IMG/VR virus record: IMGVR_UViG_3300014039_000004
Strand: one strand, 5' to 3'
DNA: 64,000 nt
DNA from: a virus
How positions within the stretch are numbered: position 1 is the stretch's first letter; every line of letters begins with the position of its first letter. Shown piece by piece: positions 45,528-55,550 of the stretch. The notes under the pieces were generated by a model that had not been told where the DNA came from, ran no database searches, and saw only the letters and a list, made by a program, of their open reading frames with translations. The position numbers and the translations under genes were made by a program.

Positions 45528-48500
45528 ATGGCACAAAAAGTAACTAAAGATAATCTTACTAGCATTAATCAAGATTGGGCTGGTAATGGTAAAGATATAG
45601 AAATTAAAAATGGTAATGATGTTATTAGAACTGTAACTAATCCTTTTGAAGCTACTTCTGATAATTTACCTTTTAGTGGTCTTGATATTCAAAAATGGAT
45701 TAAAGATAATACTATTGCTGCTTATGGATTTTATGATTTAGCAAGTGATGGTTATTATTTTTTATGTGGTTTTGCTTCTAAAGAAGATAAAGCAGCTTTT
45801 GATAAAGATAATAATAAAATTGAACTGATTAAAGTTCAAGCCAAACTTATGATTAGAGAAAGTACTACTTTAATGACTGCTGTAAATGTAATTATTCAAG
45901 AAGAAGAAAAACCTATTATAGTAGCTAAAGATAATGCTTTAGATATTCATGTTAGAATTACATCTGTTGAAACTAATTCTGTTACTCTTGAAAAAAGAGA
46001 TACACTTGAACAAGTAAATGTAATTGTCTCTTATAGAGTTGCAGGTTCTGGTAGTACTTGGACTGATATTCAAGAAATTAATAATGTAGATACTCAAAGT
46101 TATTCAACTACATCATATCCTCTTACTATTAATTTATATGATAAACTTAGTAATGGTACTTATGAAATTAGAGTAAGAGCTACAGGTAATGAAACAACTA
46201 AAGTTGGAACTAAGATTTTATCACAAGTTGCTAAAGCTTCTCTTTCTTTGACTACTGCTGGTAGTTATTCATGGCAACAACCTGAAGCTGGATATGAAAC
46301 TCTTAGACTTAAATATTATATTGATGGTGGAGGTATTAATAAAGATTTAGTAATTAAAATTGATACTTATGATCCTATTACTGTTAATATTGGTACTAAA
46401 ACTTATACTGGTGAAAATATTTATATTTATAATTTACCTAGTGACTATAGTACCTGGTTAACAGATGGTGTTCATACTATTGAATCATATATTTGTCTTC
46501 ATGATGATTCTACTACTAGAACAGATATTATTAAAAATGAAGTATATTATAAAACAGGAGAATCTGGTACAACTAATATAGTTATTCAAAATCTTGTTAA
46601 TACTATTCAACCTTATGTTTATACTACTCCTATATTTAAATATGCTATATTACCTAAAACTACTACTGATACTTATGTAAATATTAAAATTGAATTTGCT
46701 AAAGGTGATACAGTTCTTACAAGTCAAGAACTTAATAATATTAAAATAGGAGAACAATATGATTATAATGGTCAACTTGAAATAGATGATTCAGGAATAT
46801 TTCCTGCTTATATTAGATTTTATATTTGGAATAGTACTGATAGTGTATGGACACTATTATCTACTAGAACTATTACAATAGATGCTAGTGTTTCTTATGG
46901 TCCAGTACCTCTTCTTTCTACTGATTTTTATCTTAATCCTAGAGTTCGTTCAAATAATGAAACTACTAAAAATATATTATATAATGCAGTTAATAATAAT
47001 GTAGTTGCATCATCATTTGAAAATTTTGGTTTTAATAATGACGGTTGGGTTAAAGATGATAATAATGTATCAATACTTAGAATACCTGCTGGTAGAAAAC
47101 TTACTATTAGAGGATATGATGTATTTTCTGATTTCAGACCTTCAACATCTAGTAGCAATGTTACTATAGATATTGATTATAAGATTAGAAATATTCGTAG
47201 CTATGATGCTGAATCTTTACCTATTATACAAATTGGTACTAGAGATTCTAATGGTATTATTCATGGTTATGAAAAACTTCCTCTTAAATCTTATTTATGT
47301 ACTAGTAAAAATAAAACTATTACACTTCAAGATATTCAAGGAGTAGAAGATGTTAGAATACATGAAACAATTAATATTGTTAGTAATCTTGCTGAACGTG
47401 GTAGAAATTATGTTAGATTTTTTCAAAATAATGTAATTCAAAGAGAATTTCTTTATGAAGATGGTGAAAGTTTTACAGCAAATACTGAAGAAGCAAAATA
47501 TATAACTATTGGTAGTGAAGGTGCTGATATTGATATTTATGAAATTAAAGTTTATAAACATCAATTATCTACTACTGATATTGAACAAAATTATGTAGCT
47601 AGTCTTAATACTATTGAAGAAAAGAAAGCTTATAGAGCTAAAAATGATATATTTGAAAGTAATCTTATTAAATATGATAAGGTTAAAGCTAATGGTATTA
47701 ATACTCTTAGATGGTATGTTGGTACTACAACAGAAGAAGATACAGGAGGTATTCCTACTAAAGCAATAGAAGTTGATGAAGACCATTGGATTCCTTCTTA
47801 TGCTAATCAAGATTCAGGATTACCAAAAGGAACTCTTGAAATGATTGTTTATGATAGTAATAAAAAACCTATTCCTAAATATTGTCAAAGACTTACTAAT
47901 ATGAAACAAAAAGGTCAAGGAACTAGTTCTAAGACTTATTGGAAATGGAATATTAGTTGGTCTCCTACTGATAATACTAGAAGATATGTCATGGATTCTA
48001 AAGATGAAAATAAATGGATTCTTGATGAAGAAGCTATAGGTAGCGATGCTTATATGATATATCCTAATGGTAATTCTAATAGAACAGATGTTAAAGCAGT
48101 TAAACATGTAGCTAAACTTAATTGGGCTAGTAGTATGCAAACCCATAAGATTGGTTGGTGTAATATGTATTCTGATTTGTATTGGGAAGTTGTAGGTGAA
48201 AGTGCTACTAATAAGCAAAGTGGTTATGAACATACTCGTAAGAGTACAACTCAACTTCCAATGTTATTTTTTAAAGGTGGTGCTACTGATCCTATATTTA
48301 GTTCTCAAATGACATTTGGGCCAGCTAAATATGATAAATATACATTTGGACTTAATGCTAAATCTGAATATTATAATAATAAAAAATGGGCTACATGTCT
48401 TGAAGGAAGTGCTAATGGAGAACCTCTTCCAATGAGACTTATTCCTTGGATAAAAGATGAAATATTCTATTATCTTAATCGTAATGACGATGCTGATAGA

Positions 48501-51500
48501 TTAAATGAAACTCTTGTTTATAAAAATAGTGGTAACTGGGCTGCACAGCTTGATGTAGATAAATCTCCTACTAATGTTTATGATGAAGGTCTTAAAACTG
48601 AATATGAAATTCCTAAAGGTTTCTCCCCTGTAGAAGGAAATAGTAATCTTTGGCAAGAAACTGAAGATACTGAATTTGATAGTAATGACCCAACAGATAC
48701 TACTAATTTTTATAAATGTAATGGAGGTAATACTATTAAATTTTTTAGAAGAGCTTATAATAATGATTATCTTCATTCTCCTTGGATTAAATGTTTTAGA
48801 GGTACTATAGATGAGTTAAAGAAAGCTGTTAATCTTAATAATCAATATCAATATTGGATTTATGCTGCTAATAGTAATGCAGCTATGTTTGATTTATATA
48901 GATGGGATTATATTACAAGTAGTTGGGTTAATGCAGGTATAACTAAAGATTCCTCTACTTCTGATGGTTATGCTGTACTTAATATTTATGATCAATGTAA
49001 TCCATGGTATAATACCAAGAATGGTATAAATATTAATAAAAATGATTCTATTGAAAATATTACTGCACAGTTTATAGAAGCTCGTCTTTATAATTATGCT
49101 AATGGTAATACTATTGGTAATTCTAGTAATTATTATAATGAAGATGATTGTTGCTATGACCAAGCTTTTAGAAAAATTGCAGCACTTAGTGATAACTGGT
49201 GTAAAAATACTTATGAAAGACTTGATATTAATGGTAAAATTACTACAGATTCTGATGATAATGATACTAGTGGAGACCTTGATAATGTAGGTAAAAGTGC
49301 TAAACCTTATTGGGTTGAAGAACATGATAGATATAACTCTTCTACAGGGAAGTTCTCTAAAACAGGTGATGCTACTTATTTTAATTCTGAAACTAATGTT
49401 AGATATTGTTTACTTGAACAAGCTAGAACTGTAGCACTTAGAGATAAAGTACAAGGTATTCTTAATGCTATGCTTACTCTTTATGGAAGTCCTATTGCTG
49501 CTATGCAAAAGTATTTCTTTAATGTAAGTGATTATTTTCCTGCTAGTAGTTATAATGAACAAGCTAGACTTTGTTATGAAGATGCTTCTGTAGCTATGAA
49601 AAATGGTAAATATTCAAGTGATACTGACCCTCTTTCTCAAAGTTTAGGTAATCATTATCTTGCAGAACTTCAATATTGGACTAAACGAATGATTTATCTT
49701 AGTTCTTATAGTAGAGCTAATGATTATACTAATGCTCCTTATAAAGGTTCATTTAGTTTTCGTATTCCTAAAGCTGCTTTAATTAAATTTACTGTAACTG
49801 CTGCACAAGCCATTTATCCAGTTATTCGTTCAGAAGCTGTAATGAATAATGAAAGAACTAGATTACTCCCTGGTGAATCTTGTACTATTAGTATTCAAGG
49901 AGCAGCTGATAAAGACATTTATCTTTGTTATGTAGATTATTATAGTAATATTGGTTCTCTTGCTGATATACCTATTGCTGCTACTTCTAGACTTACATTA
50001 AATGCACAAAGACTTACATCATTTAATACTGATGGTAGTTCTAAAATATTTACTCCTGCTAATATAGTATTTAATACTCCTATATTACAAGAAATGCATC
50101 TTACTAATGTAGCTAGTTTAAATGGTGCAGTAGATTTAAATTCATGTATTGCAATTAACGATGTTAATTTAGCTGGTTCAAGTAATACTAGTGTAGTACT
50201 TCCTGAATCTTATAGTTTAACTACATTACATTTAGGTTCTAATATTAATGAACTTAATTTAACTAATTTACCAAATCTTACTACTTTTGAAATAGATGCA
50301 GTAGATAAACTTCATAGTTTAAGTTTAATTAATATTCAAAATAGTTATAATATTTTTAATAATCTTTATAATAAAGGTCTTAGAAATTTAACTACAGTTA
50401 CTATTAATAATATTAATTGGAATAATTTAAGTTTAGATTTATTTAATATTTTACTTAACGCTACTACTAGTAATATTACAGGTACTATATCTATTATAGA
50501 TATTATTGATGGAAATACTAAAGCTAAAATGCTTAATGTATGGGGTAATATAGATAATATTGATAATGCTTTATATGTAGATTATACTAAAGTTAAAACC
50601 ATTACTTGTAGTATTTCTGTTCCTTATAGAATACGAGATTTAGGTATTAATACCGAATGTAAAATTACATCAGCAGGTAATGATTTTACTTCTGTTAAAT
50701 GGGAAATAGTTTCTGATGAAACTTATGGAAATTGGTCTGATTATTGTACTATAAATAGTAAAACAGGAGCTATTACTGTATCTAAACTTTGGGAAGATGA
50801 TTTAAAATATTCTGATAATAAGATTACTATTAAATGTACTTTAAATAATAATTATAGTGGAACAGGAGAAACCATTTTGTATGAAACTGATTATTATTAT
50901 ATAGACCAAAGATATAATAATAATGATACTATAATAATAACAGGTTGGCATAATGGACAAAATGATATAATTAATTATATACAAAATAATAATAAAGCTT
51001 ATGTAGGTTTTTTTGAAAAAGAAACAAATATTTTAAAATTACAACAATTAAATGATAATGATATTACTACATTTATAGATGGTACAGATGCTACAAATTA
51101 TATTTCAAATTTAGAATATGATGTATTTATTAAACTTCCTTCTTTTTATATTAAAATAGAAGAAATAGAAACAGATTTATATAGAGTATCTTTTAGTAAA
51201 GATTATAAAGCTAATTATACTTATTTAAACAATTTACCATTAATTGCAGCTTATAATAGTGTTTATACTATAGATGGTATTGTACAAACAGCTAATATCT
51301 CGCATCCCTCAGATACTACAGGTATATTACATAGTATAATGGGTTATAATCATTTAACTAATAGTAGTACTTATACTAGTAGAAGAGGACTTAGTATATT
51401 TTCAGCTAGAAATGCTGCTAGAAATAAAGGTAAAGGTTTTAGACTTATAACTAAAGAAGTATATGATATTCTTACTTTTATTTTTTGGGGTACTTTTAAT

Positions 51501-52028
51501 GAGTTAACTTTTAGAAAAGTATATAATCCTACAATTTATAGTTCTTCAATTGGTAAAGCAGCAAAACAATCTATTCATATAAATATAATACAAAATGATT
51601 ATAATACTTTCTTAGGATTAGAAAATATAGTACAACCTAGACAAAATATCGAATGTAATATAGATAATATAATACAAACTTATAATAATGGTACTGATAT
51701 AACTATTACAGACATTAATGATGTTCCTATATATACTTATAGTACTAAAAATATTATAACAGATAAAGAGTTAACTTATAATTTACAATCCTTAAATCTT
51801 AAAAAATTTAGTATAGTAAATAATATAATAATGCCTAAAGAACTAAATAGTAAAACAAATAATAATATGAGTTATAATTTATGTAGTGCATCAAATAATA
51901 GTAATAAAACATTAGCAGGACGAATAAGAGAAACACAATCTTTTGAAATGCACAATTTATATGATGCTTATCCAGGTTATTATGAAAATAGAATTATTTA
52001 TCAAGGAGATTATAAAATTATTGATTAA
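45528..52028 (+). CDS. giant tail or receptor-binding protein with an LRR-like segment
   Basis: 2166 aa. Leucine-rich repeats at ~50100-50480 (LHLTNVASLNGAVDLNSC...LNLTNLPNLTTFEIDAVDKLHSLSLINIQN). An Ig-like segment follows (ITCSISVPYRIRDLG...VKWEIVSDETYGNW). Confidence 0.5.
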   Translation: MAQKVTKDNLTSINQDWAGNGKDIEIKNGNDVIRTVTNPFEATSDNLPFSGLDIQKWIKDNTIAAYGFYDLASDGYYFLCGFASKEDKAAFDKDNNKIELIKVQAKLMIRESTTLMTAVNVIIQEEEKPIIVAKDNALDIHVRITSVETNSVTLEKRDTLEQVNVIVSYRVAGSGSTWTDIQEINNVDTQSYSTTSYPLTINLYDKLSNGTYEIRVRATGNETTKVGTKILSQVAKASLSLTTAGSYSWQQPEAGYETLRLKYYIDGGGINKDLVIKIDTYDPITVNIGTKTYTGENIYIYNLPSDYSTWLTDGVHTIESYICLHDDSTTRTDIIKNEVYYKTGESGTTNIVIQNLVNTIQPYVYTTPIFKYAILPKTTTDTYVNIKIEFAKGDTVLTSQELNNIKIGEQYDYNGQLEIDDSGIFPAYIRFYIWNSTDSVWTLLSTRTITIDASVSYGPVPLLSTDFYLNPRVRSNNETTKNILYNAVNNNVVASSFENFGFNNDGWVKDDNNVSILRIPAGRKLTIRGYDVFSDFRPSTSSSNVTIDIDYKIRNIRSYDAESLPIIQIGTRDSNGIIHGYEKLPLKSYLCTSKNKTITLQDIQGVEDVRIHETINIVSNLAERGRNYVRFFQNNVIQREFLYEDGESFTANTEEAKYITIGSEGADIDIYEIKVYKHQLSTTDIEQNYVASLNTIEEKKAYRAKNDIFESNLIKYDKVKANGINTLRWYVGTTTEEDTGGIPTKAIEVDEDHWIPSYANQDSGLPKGTLEMIVYDSNKKPIPKYCQRLTNMKQKGQGTSSKTYWKWNISWSPTDNTRRYVMDSKDENKWILDEEAIGSDAYMIYPNGNSNRTDVKAVKHVAKLNWASSMQTHKIGWCNMYSDLYWEVVGESATNKQSGYEHTRKSTTQLPMLFFKGGATDPIFSSQMTFGPAKYDKYTFGLNAKSEYYNNKKWATCLEGSANGEPLPMRLIPWIKDEIFYYLNRNDDADRLNETLVYKNSGNWAAQLDVDKSPTNVYDEGLKTEYEIPKGFSPVEGNSNLWQETEDTEFDSNDPTDTTNFYKCNGGNTIKFFRRAYNNDYLHSPWIKCFRGTIDELKKAVNLNNQYQYWIYAANSNAAMFDLYRWDYITSSWVNAGITKDSSTSDGYAVLNIYDQCNPWYNTKNGININKNDSIENITAQFIEARLYNYANGNTIGNSSNYYNEDDCCYDQAFRKIAALSDNWCKNTYERLDINGKITTDSDDNDTSGDLDNVGKSAKPYWVEEHDRYNSSTGKFSKTGDATYFNSETNVRYCLLEQARTVALRDKVQGILNAMLTLYGSPIAAMQKYFFNVSDYFPASSYNEQARLCYEDASVAMKNGKYSSDTDPLSQSLGNHYLAELQYWTKRMIYLSSYSRANDYTNAPYKGSFSFRIPKAALIKFTVTAAQAIYPVIRSEAVMNNERTRLLPGESCTISIQGAADKDIYLCYVDYYSNIGSLADIPIAATSRLTLNAQRLTSFNTDGSSKIFTPANIVFNTPILQEMHLTNVASLNGAVDLNSCIAINDVNLAGSSNTSVVLPESYSLTTLHLGSNINELNLTNLPNLTTFEIDAVDKLHSLSLINIQNSYNIFNNLYNKGLRNLTTVTINNINWNNLSLDLFNILLNATTSNITGTISIIDIIDGNTKAKMLNVWGNIDNIDNALYVDYTKVKTITCSISVPYRIRDLGINTECKITSAGNDFTSVKWEIVSDETYGNWSDYCTINSKTGAITVSKLWEDDLKYSDNKITIKCTLNNNYSGTGETILYETDYYYIDQRYNNNDTIIITGWHNGQNDIINYIQNNNKAYVGFFEKETNILKLQQLNDNDITTFIDGTDATNYISNLEYDVFIKLPSFYIKIEEIETDLYRVSFSKDYKANYTYLNNLPLIAAYNSVYTIDGIVQTANISHPSDTTGILHSIMGYNHLTNSSTYTSRRGLSIFSARNAARNKGKGFRLITKEVYDILTFIFWGTFNELTFRKVYNPTIYSSSIGKAAKQSIHINIIQNDYNTFLGLENIVQPRQNIECNIDNIIQTYNNGTDITITDINDVPIYTYSTKNIITDKELTYNLQSLNLKKFSIVNNIIMPKELNSKTNNNMSYNLCSASNNSNKTLAGRIRETQSFEMHNLYDAYPGYYENRIIYQGDYKIID
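48622..48638 (-). repeat. 17-nt motif, reverse variant (TCTCCCCTGTAGAAGGA on the plus strand)
   Basis: Inside 45528..52028, translated as FSPVEG. Confidence 0.65.
49337..49353 (+). repeat. 17-nt motif, forward, degenerate: CTCTTCTACAGGGAAGT
   Basis: Inside 45528..52028, translated as NSSTGKF. Confidence 0.45.
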
Positions 52029-52054
52029 TGTTTTATAATTTAGATTAAATTTGT

Positions 52055-52062
52055 TATATTTG
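52055..52062 (+). promoter_or_regulatory. -7-like box TATATTTG upstream of 52083
   Basis: Matches TAnnTTTG. No -33 element. Confidence 0.25.
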
Positions 52063-52082
52063 CTCACATAAATAATAAACTT

Positions 52083-52490
52083 ATGATTGAATATACTTAT
52101 CAAGCAAAACCTCAATCAAAAAGACAATATTATCTTGAAAGAGGTCTTCGTAAAACTTATCTTAATTTTAAACAAGAAAAACTTACTGATGATGATTTAG
52201 AAACTCTTGCTAAACAATTAGGTATAGAATGTGATGACTATTTTAAGCAGTGTTATACTTATAGATATTATTCTATTGAAATGCCATTAGGAATTGATGA
52301 TTATGATTCAGAAGTTAATACTATAGTTACTGCTAAATATCCATCAAATGTTATGCAATCTGTTATTAATAATTATCTTTTAGACCCTACTAATGATAAA
52401 GCTAAAAGAGAATTTGAAGATATGCAACAATGGAGAAAAGAAGCTAAAGAATTTGCTAGTGATATTAAAACTTTAAATGATGTATTATGA
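52083..52490 (+). CDS. hypothetical protein
   Basis: 135-aa ORF. Confidence 0.55.
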   Translation: MIEYTYQAKPQSKRQYYLERGLRKTYLNFKQEKLTDDDLETLAKQLGIECDDYFKQCYTYRYYSIEMPLGIDDYDSEVNTIVTAKYPSNVMQSVINNYLLDPTNDKAKREFEDMQQWRKEAKEFASDIKTLNDVL

Positions 52491-52831
52491 ATAACAAAGA
52501 AAGTGAATTATATAGATTATTAGATATTGCAATACAATGTTGTGCTACTACTAATAAAGACGGAAGTTATTCTATTACTAAAGAAGATATTCTTGGTAAA
52601 ACTAGAGTAGAAAATGTTGTTATGACAAGATGTGTTCTAATATGTCTTATTCTTCATTCTGGTTATTCAATTACAACTGCTGCTAAATTTCTTAATAGAA
52701 CTATTCCTGCTATTAGATATTTAGAAAAACTTTCTGATAATCTTTTTAAAACTTCTAGAGCTTATAGAATAGCTATGGCAGAAGCTACTATTGAAGTAGA
52801 AAAAGAAAAAGAAGAAGAAAATAAAAAATAA
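52487..52831 (+). CDS. putative HTH DNA-binding protein (DnaA C-terminal-like)
   Basis: 114 aa. ILGKTRVENVVMTRCVLICLILHSGYSITTAAKFLNRTIPAIRYLEK resembles the DnaA domain IV pattern from memory. Confidence 0.35.
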   Translation: MNNKESELYRLLDIAIQCCATTNKDGSYSITKEDILGKTRVENVVMTRCVLICLILHSGYSITTAAKFLNRTIPAIRYLEKLSDNLFKTSRAYRIAMAEATIEVEKEKEEENKK

Positions 52832-52860
52832 ATATTCCTTTTTGTTTTACAATAATTATT

Positions 52861-52899
52861 AGATGTCAATTAGATAATAATCTAATTGACATCTTTTTT
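52861..52899 (+). terminator. rho-independent terminator
   Basis: agatgtcaattagat (52861-52875) pairs with atctaattgacatct (52880-52894), 15 bp perfect with a 4-nt loop, followed by T5. Confidence 0.75.
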
Positions 52900-52919
52900 A
52901 TTATATTAAAAATCATTCT

Positions 52920-52927
52920 TAACTTTG
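52920..52927 (+). promoter_or_regulatory. -7-like box TAACTTTG upstream of 52990
   Basis: Matches TAnnTTTG just after the terminator. Confidence 0.3.
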
Positions 52928-52989
52928 TATTATACTTAATCTAGATAAAGTGTGTAATTAATGTTATTAATTTTATTAATTAAAAAGTT

Positions 52990-53844
52990 ATGAGTGATTC
53001 TAAAGTTTTTATGTTTCCTGATGGTAATAGTAATCATGGAAATAATTTTGACCCTGCTAGTGTTATGGCTATGATGAACAATGGTGGTTTTGGCAATGGT
53101 AATTGGATTTGGCTTATATTTATGTTATTTCTTTGGGGTAGAAATGGTATGTATGGAAATGATAATTTAGGTAGTACTGCTGAACGTGATATGTTAATGC
53201 AAGCCATTAATGGTAATGGTGATGCAATTAGAAATTTAGCTACTAATCTTAATTGTGATATTAATTCTGTTAAGAATGCTATCAATTCTGTTCAACAGGC
53301 TATTTGCAATGTAGGTAATCAAGTAGGTCTTACAGGTCAACAAGTTATTAATGCTATTCAGCAAGGTAATATGAGTCTTGCTCAGCAATTTGCACAATGT
53401 TGTTGTGATAATAAACTTCTTGTAACTCAAATGGGTTATGATGGTCAACTTCGTGATATGCAAAATACTGCTACTATTACTAATGGTATTAATACTGTTA
53501 ATACAGGACTTGAAAGAGGTTTTTCTTCTGTAGCTTATGAAACTGCTCAGCAAACTTGTGCTATTCAGAATAGTATGAAGAGTCAGACTCAGACTATTAT
53601 TGATAAACTTGCTAATATGGAAGCTAATGCTCAACAAGATAAAATTAATACTCTTACTGCTCAACTTACAGCTGCTAATAGTAGAGCAGAACGAGCTGCT
53701 GAACTTAAACCTATTCTTGATGAACTTAATGCAATTAAAGCTAGTCAGCCTAATACTGTTGCTGTACAATATCCTAATTTAACAGTTATGCCAAATTACG
53801 GAGGTAATTGTGGTTGTAATTGTAATAATGGGTTTTGGTTTTAA
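52990..53844 (+). CDS. hypothetical membrane-associated protein with a Cys/Gly/Asn-rich C-terminus
   Basis: 284 aa. TM segment NWIWLIFMLFLWG, N/Q-rich coiled region, and the ending NYGGNCGCNCNNGFWF. Confidence 0.55.
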   Translation: MSDSKVFMFPDGNSNHGNNFDPASVMAMMNNGGFGNGNWIWLIFMLFLWGRNGMYGNDNLGSTAERDMLMQAINGNGDAIRNLATNLNCDINSVKNAINSVQQAICNVGNQVGLTGQQVINAIQQGNMSLAQQFAQCCCDNKLLVTQMGYDGQLRDMQNTATITNGINTVNTGLERGFSSVAYETAQQTCAIQNSMKSQTQTIIDKLANMEANAQQDKINTLTAQLTAANSRAERAAELKPILDELNAIKASQPNTVAVQYPNLTVMPNYGGNCGCNCNNGFWF

Positions 53845-53857
53845 TAATTTAGAAGCT

Positions 53858-54193
53858 ATGAATGGAAACGTACAAATTGGTAATAGAGCTGGTATACCAG
53901 TAGTTATTACTAGTCCAAAAATTGATACGAGTAATGTCAGCATTACTCTTCCGAATCATATTTTTCGATTTCTTGGTCAAAAAGGTATTATTATTATTAA
54001 TTTTAACTCTGTTATTCCTAGTGGAACAACAACTACTCTACCACTTGTTATATCAGTCAACGGACAAACTCTTCCTCTTACTGATGCAACAGGTACAGCA
54101 ATAACAGTAGCTAATATTAGTAATACTCTTACATTTCAAGTTTATTTTGATAAACAACTTAATGTTATAAGAGTTGTTTCTCCAATTTCTTAA
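53858..54193 (+). CDS. hypothetical protein
   Basis: ORF 53810..54193 trimmed to MNGNVQIGNRAG (ATG 53858), after the upstream stop. Confidence 0.5.
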   Translation: MNGNVQIGNRAGIPVVITSPKIDTSNVSITLPNHIFRFLGQKGIIIINFNSVIPSGTTTTLPLVISVNGQTLPLTDATGTAITVANISNTLTFQVYFDKQLNVIRVVSPIS

Positions 54194-54211
54194 TATTTAA
54201 ATTATAATACT

Positions 54212-54433
54212 ATGAAAATGATTATAACAGAAGAAAAATCTAATGATATGCTTAATAAACTTTATAATGTTGTAGAAACTATTAAAGATATAGCAGAATG
54301 TATAGAACATTGTGAAGAAGATAAAGATTTTAGAGAAGATAAATATCGTAATGAATATAAATATCGAAGAGATAGAGATTATGACGAAGATGAAAGAGAA
54401 CCTCGTCGTAAATCTAAATGGTCTAGATATTAA
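54212..54433 (+). CDS. hypothetical highly charged protein
   Basis: 73 aa, R/D/E/K-rich C-terminal half. Confidence 0.5.
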   Translation: MKMIITEEKSNDMLNKLYNVVETIKDIAECIEHCEEDKDFREDKYRNEYKYRRDRDYDEDEREPRRKSKWSRY

Positions 54434-54449
54434 TAATTAAAATACTATT

Positions 54450-54872
54450 ATGAAAAGAGATAGTCTTGATATATATGATACTCTACCTGAAGATATGATT
54501 AATTATCTTAAATATAATGGTAGACATTTTAATCATAAACTATGTGATTATGCAATAAGTAAAATGAAGTATGCAGATTCTTCTACGGGGGAGCTAATTA
54601 AACTACAACCTTTTACTAAAGAAGAAATAGATAATATTCTTCATAATTATAATATTACTATAAATAATAATGAGCTTTATGATTATGTTTATGTAGCTAA
54701 TATGTGTAAAGCTGATTTCTTTCATAGTAGTATTATAGATGAGCAACATCTTGGATTATATATTAAAGATGTTATTGATGATGTAGATGCTTACGATGGT
54801 ATAGTATTTAATCGTTGGTATGCTGATATGTGTAGAAAAGGCATTCCTATTGATTGGGAAGAATATATTTAA
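54450..54872 (+). CDS. hypothetical protein
   Basis: 140-aa ORF. Contains a motif copy translated as DSSTGEL. Confidence 0.55.
   Translation: MKRDSLDIYDTLPEDMINYLKYNGRHFNHKLCDYAISKMKYADSSTGELIKLQPFTKEEIDNILHNYNITINNNELYDYVYVANMCKADFFHSSIIDEQHLGLYIKDVIDDVDAYDGIVFNRWYADMCRKGIPIDWEEYI
54578..54594 (+). repeat. 17-nt motif, forward: TTCTTCTACGGGGGAGC
   Basis: Inside 54450..54872, translated as DSSTGEL. Confidence 0.85.
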
Positions 54873-54896
54873 ATAAATAATATTCTTAATAATTAT

Positions 54897-54950
54897 AATA
54901 GCAATAGTGATAATAATTATATTATTACTATTGCTATTATTTTATTTTTA
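54897..54950 (+). terminator. rho-independent terminator
   Basis: aatagcaatagtgataata (54897-54915) pairs with tattattactattgctatt (54920-54938), 19 bp with one G-U pair. attttattttt follows. Confidence 0.65.
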
Positions 54951-55035
54951 AATGTTATAGTTAATTTTATTCAATTCTCAAAATATAAATAGTAAAGATT
55001 GTATTTTTATAAGTGTAACTAAACTTAATATTGAT

Positions 55036-55362
55036 ATGTTTGAAGAAGCAATTAGTAATGCAATTAATACTACTATTCAAAGTTTTGATTTAACTTATTG
55101 TATAGTAGTAAATATTTTAACTTATCTTGTAATTAAAAGATGGGATAATACTATTGAATCTTATAATATTAATACTTGGCAAAAACGTTTAGCATTTGGT
55201 ATTGTTAGTATTATAGTAGCTGTTGTTTATTATCTTACAGGTAATGATATTAAAACTATTTTTAATAGTATTATTCTTGCACCTGTTTCTTGGTCTTGGA
55301 TATTTAAACCTCTTTGTAATAAATTTAATATTGGTTATAATAAAGATAATGATATTAAATAA
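55036..55362 (+). CDS. small multi-pass membrane protein (holin-like)
   Basis: 108 aa with 2-3 hydrophobic segments (LTYCIVVNILTYLVI; LAFGIVSIIVAVVYYLTG; SIILAPVSWSWIF). Confidence 0.45.
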   Translation: MFEEAISNAINTTIQSFDLTYCIVVNILTYLVIKRWDNTIESYNINTWQKRLAFGIVSIIVAVVYYLTGNDIKTIFNSIILAPVSWSWIFKPLCNKFNIGYNKDNDIK

Positions 55363-55379
55363 TTTAATATTTTATTTTT
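55360..55379 (+). promoter_or_regulatory. variant (18/20) of the conserved 20-mer, with -7 box TATTTTTG
   Basis: TAATTTAATATTTTATTTTT. The box TATTTTTG lies at 55373-55380, followed by CATATAAG as at 19594. Confidence 0.4.
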
Positions 55380-55497
55380 GCATATAAGAGGCTATTTATT
55401 GATAGATGATTAATCTATTTACTCAAATATTAAAAACCTACAGACACAAAATATAGTAGGTATCAAGCAAAGTTGATTATCCAAGTTAGGTTAATCA

Positions 55498-55514
55498 GCT
55501 CCCCTGTAGAAGAA
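55498..55514 (-). repeat. 17-nt motif, reverse (GCTCCCCTGTAGAAGAA on the plus strand)
   Basis: In the leader, 37 nt upstream of ATG 55551. Confidence 0.85.
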
Positions 55515-55550
55515 TATAGTAATAGTAAACTTAATAATAAAAATAATAAT

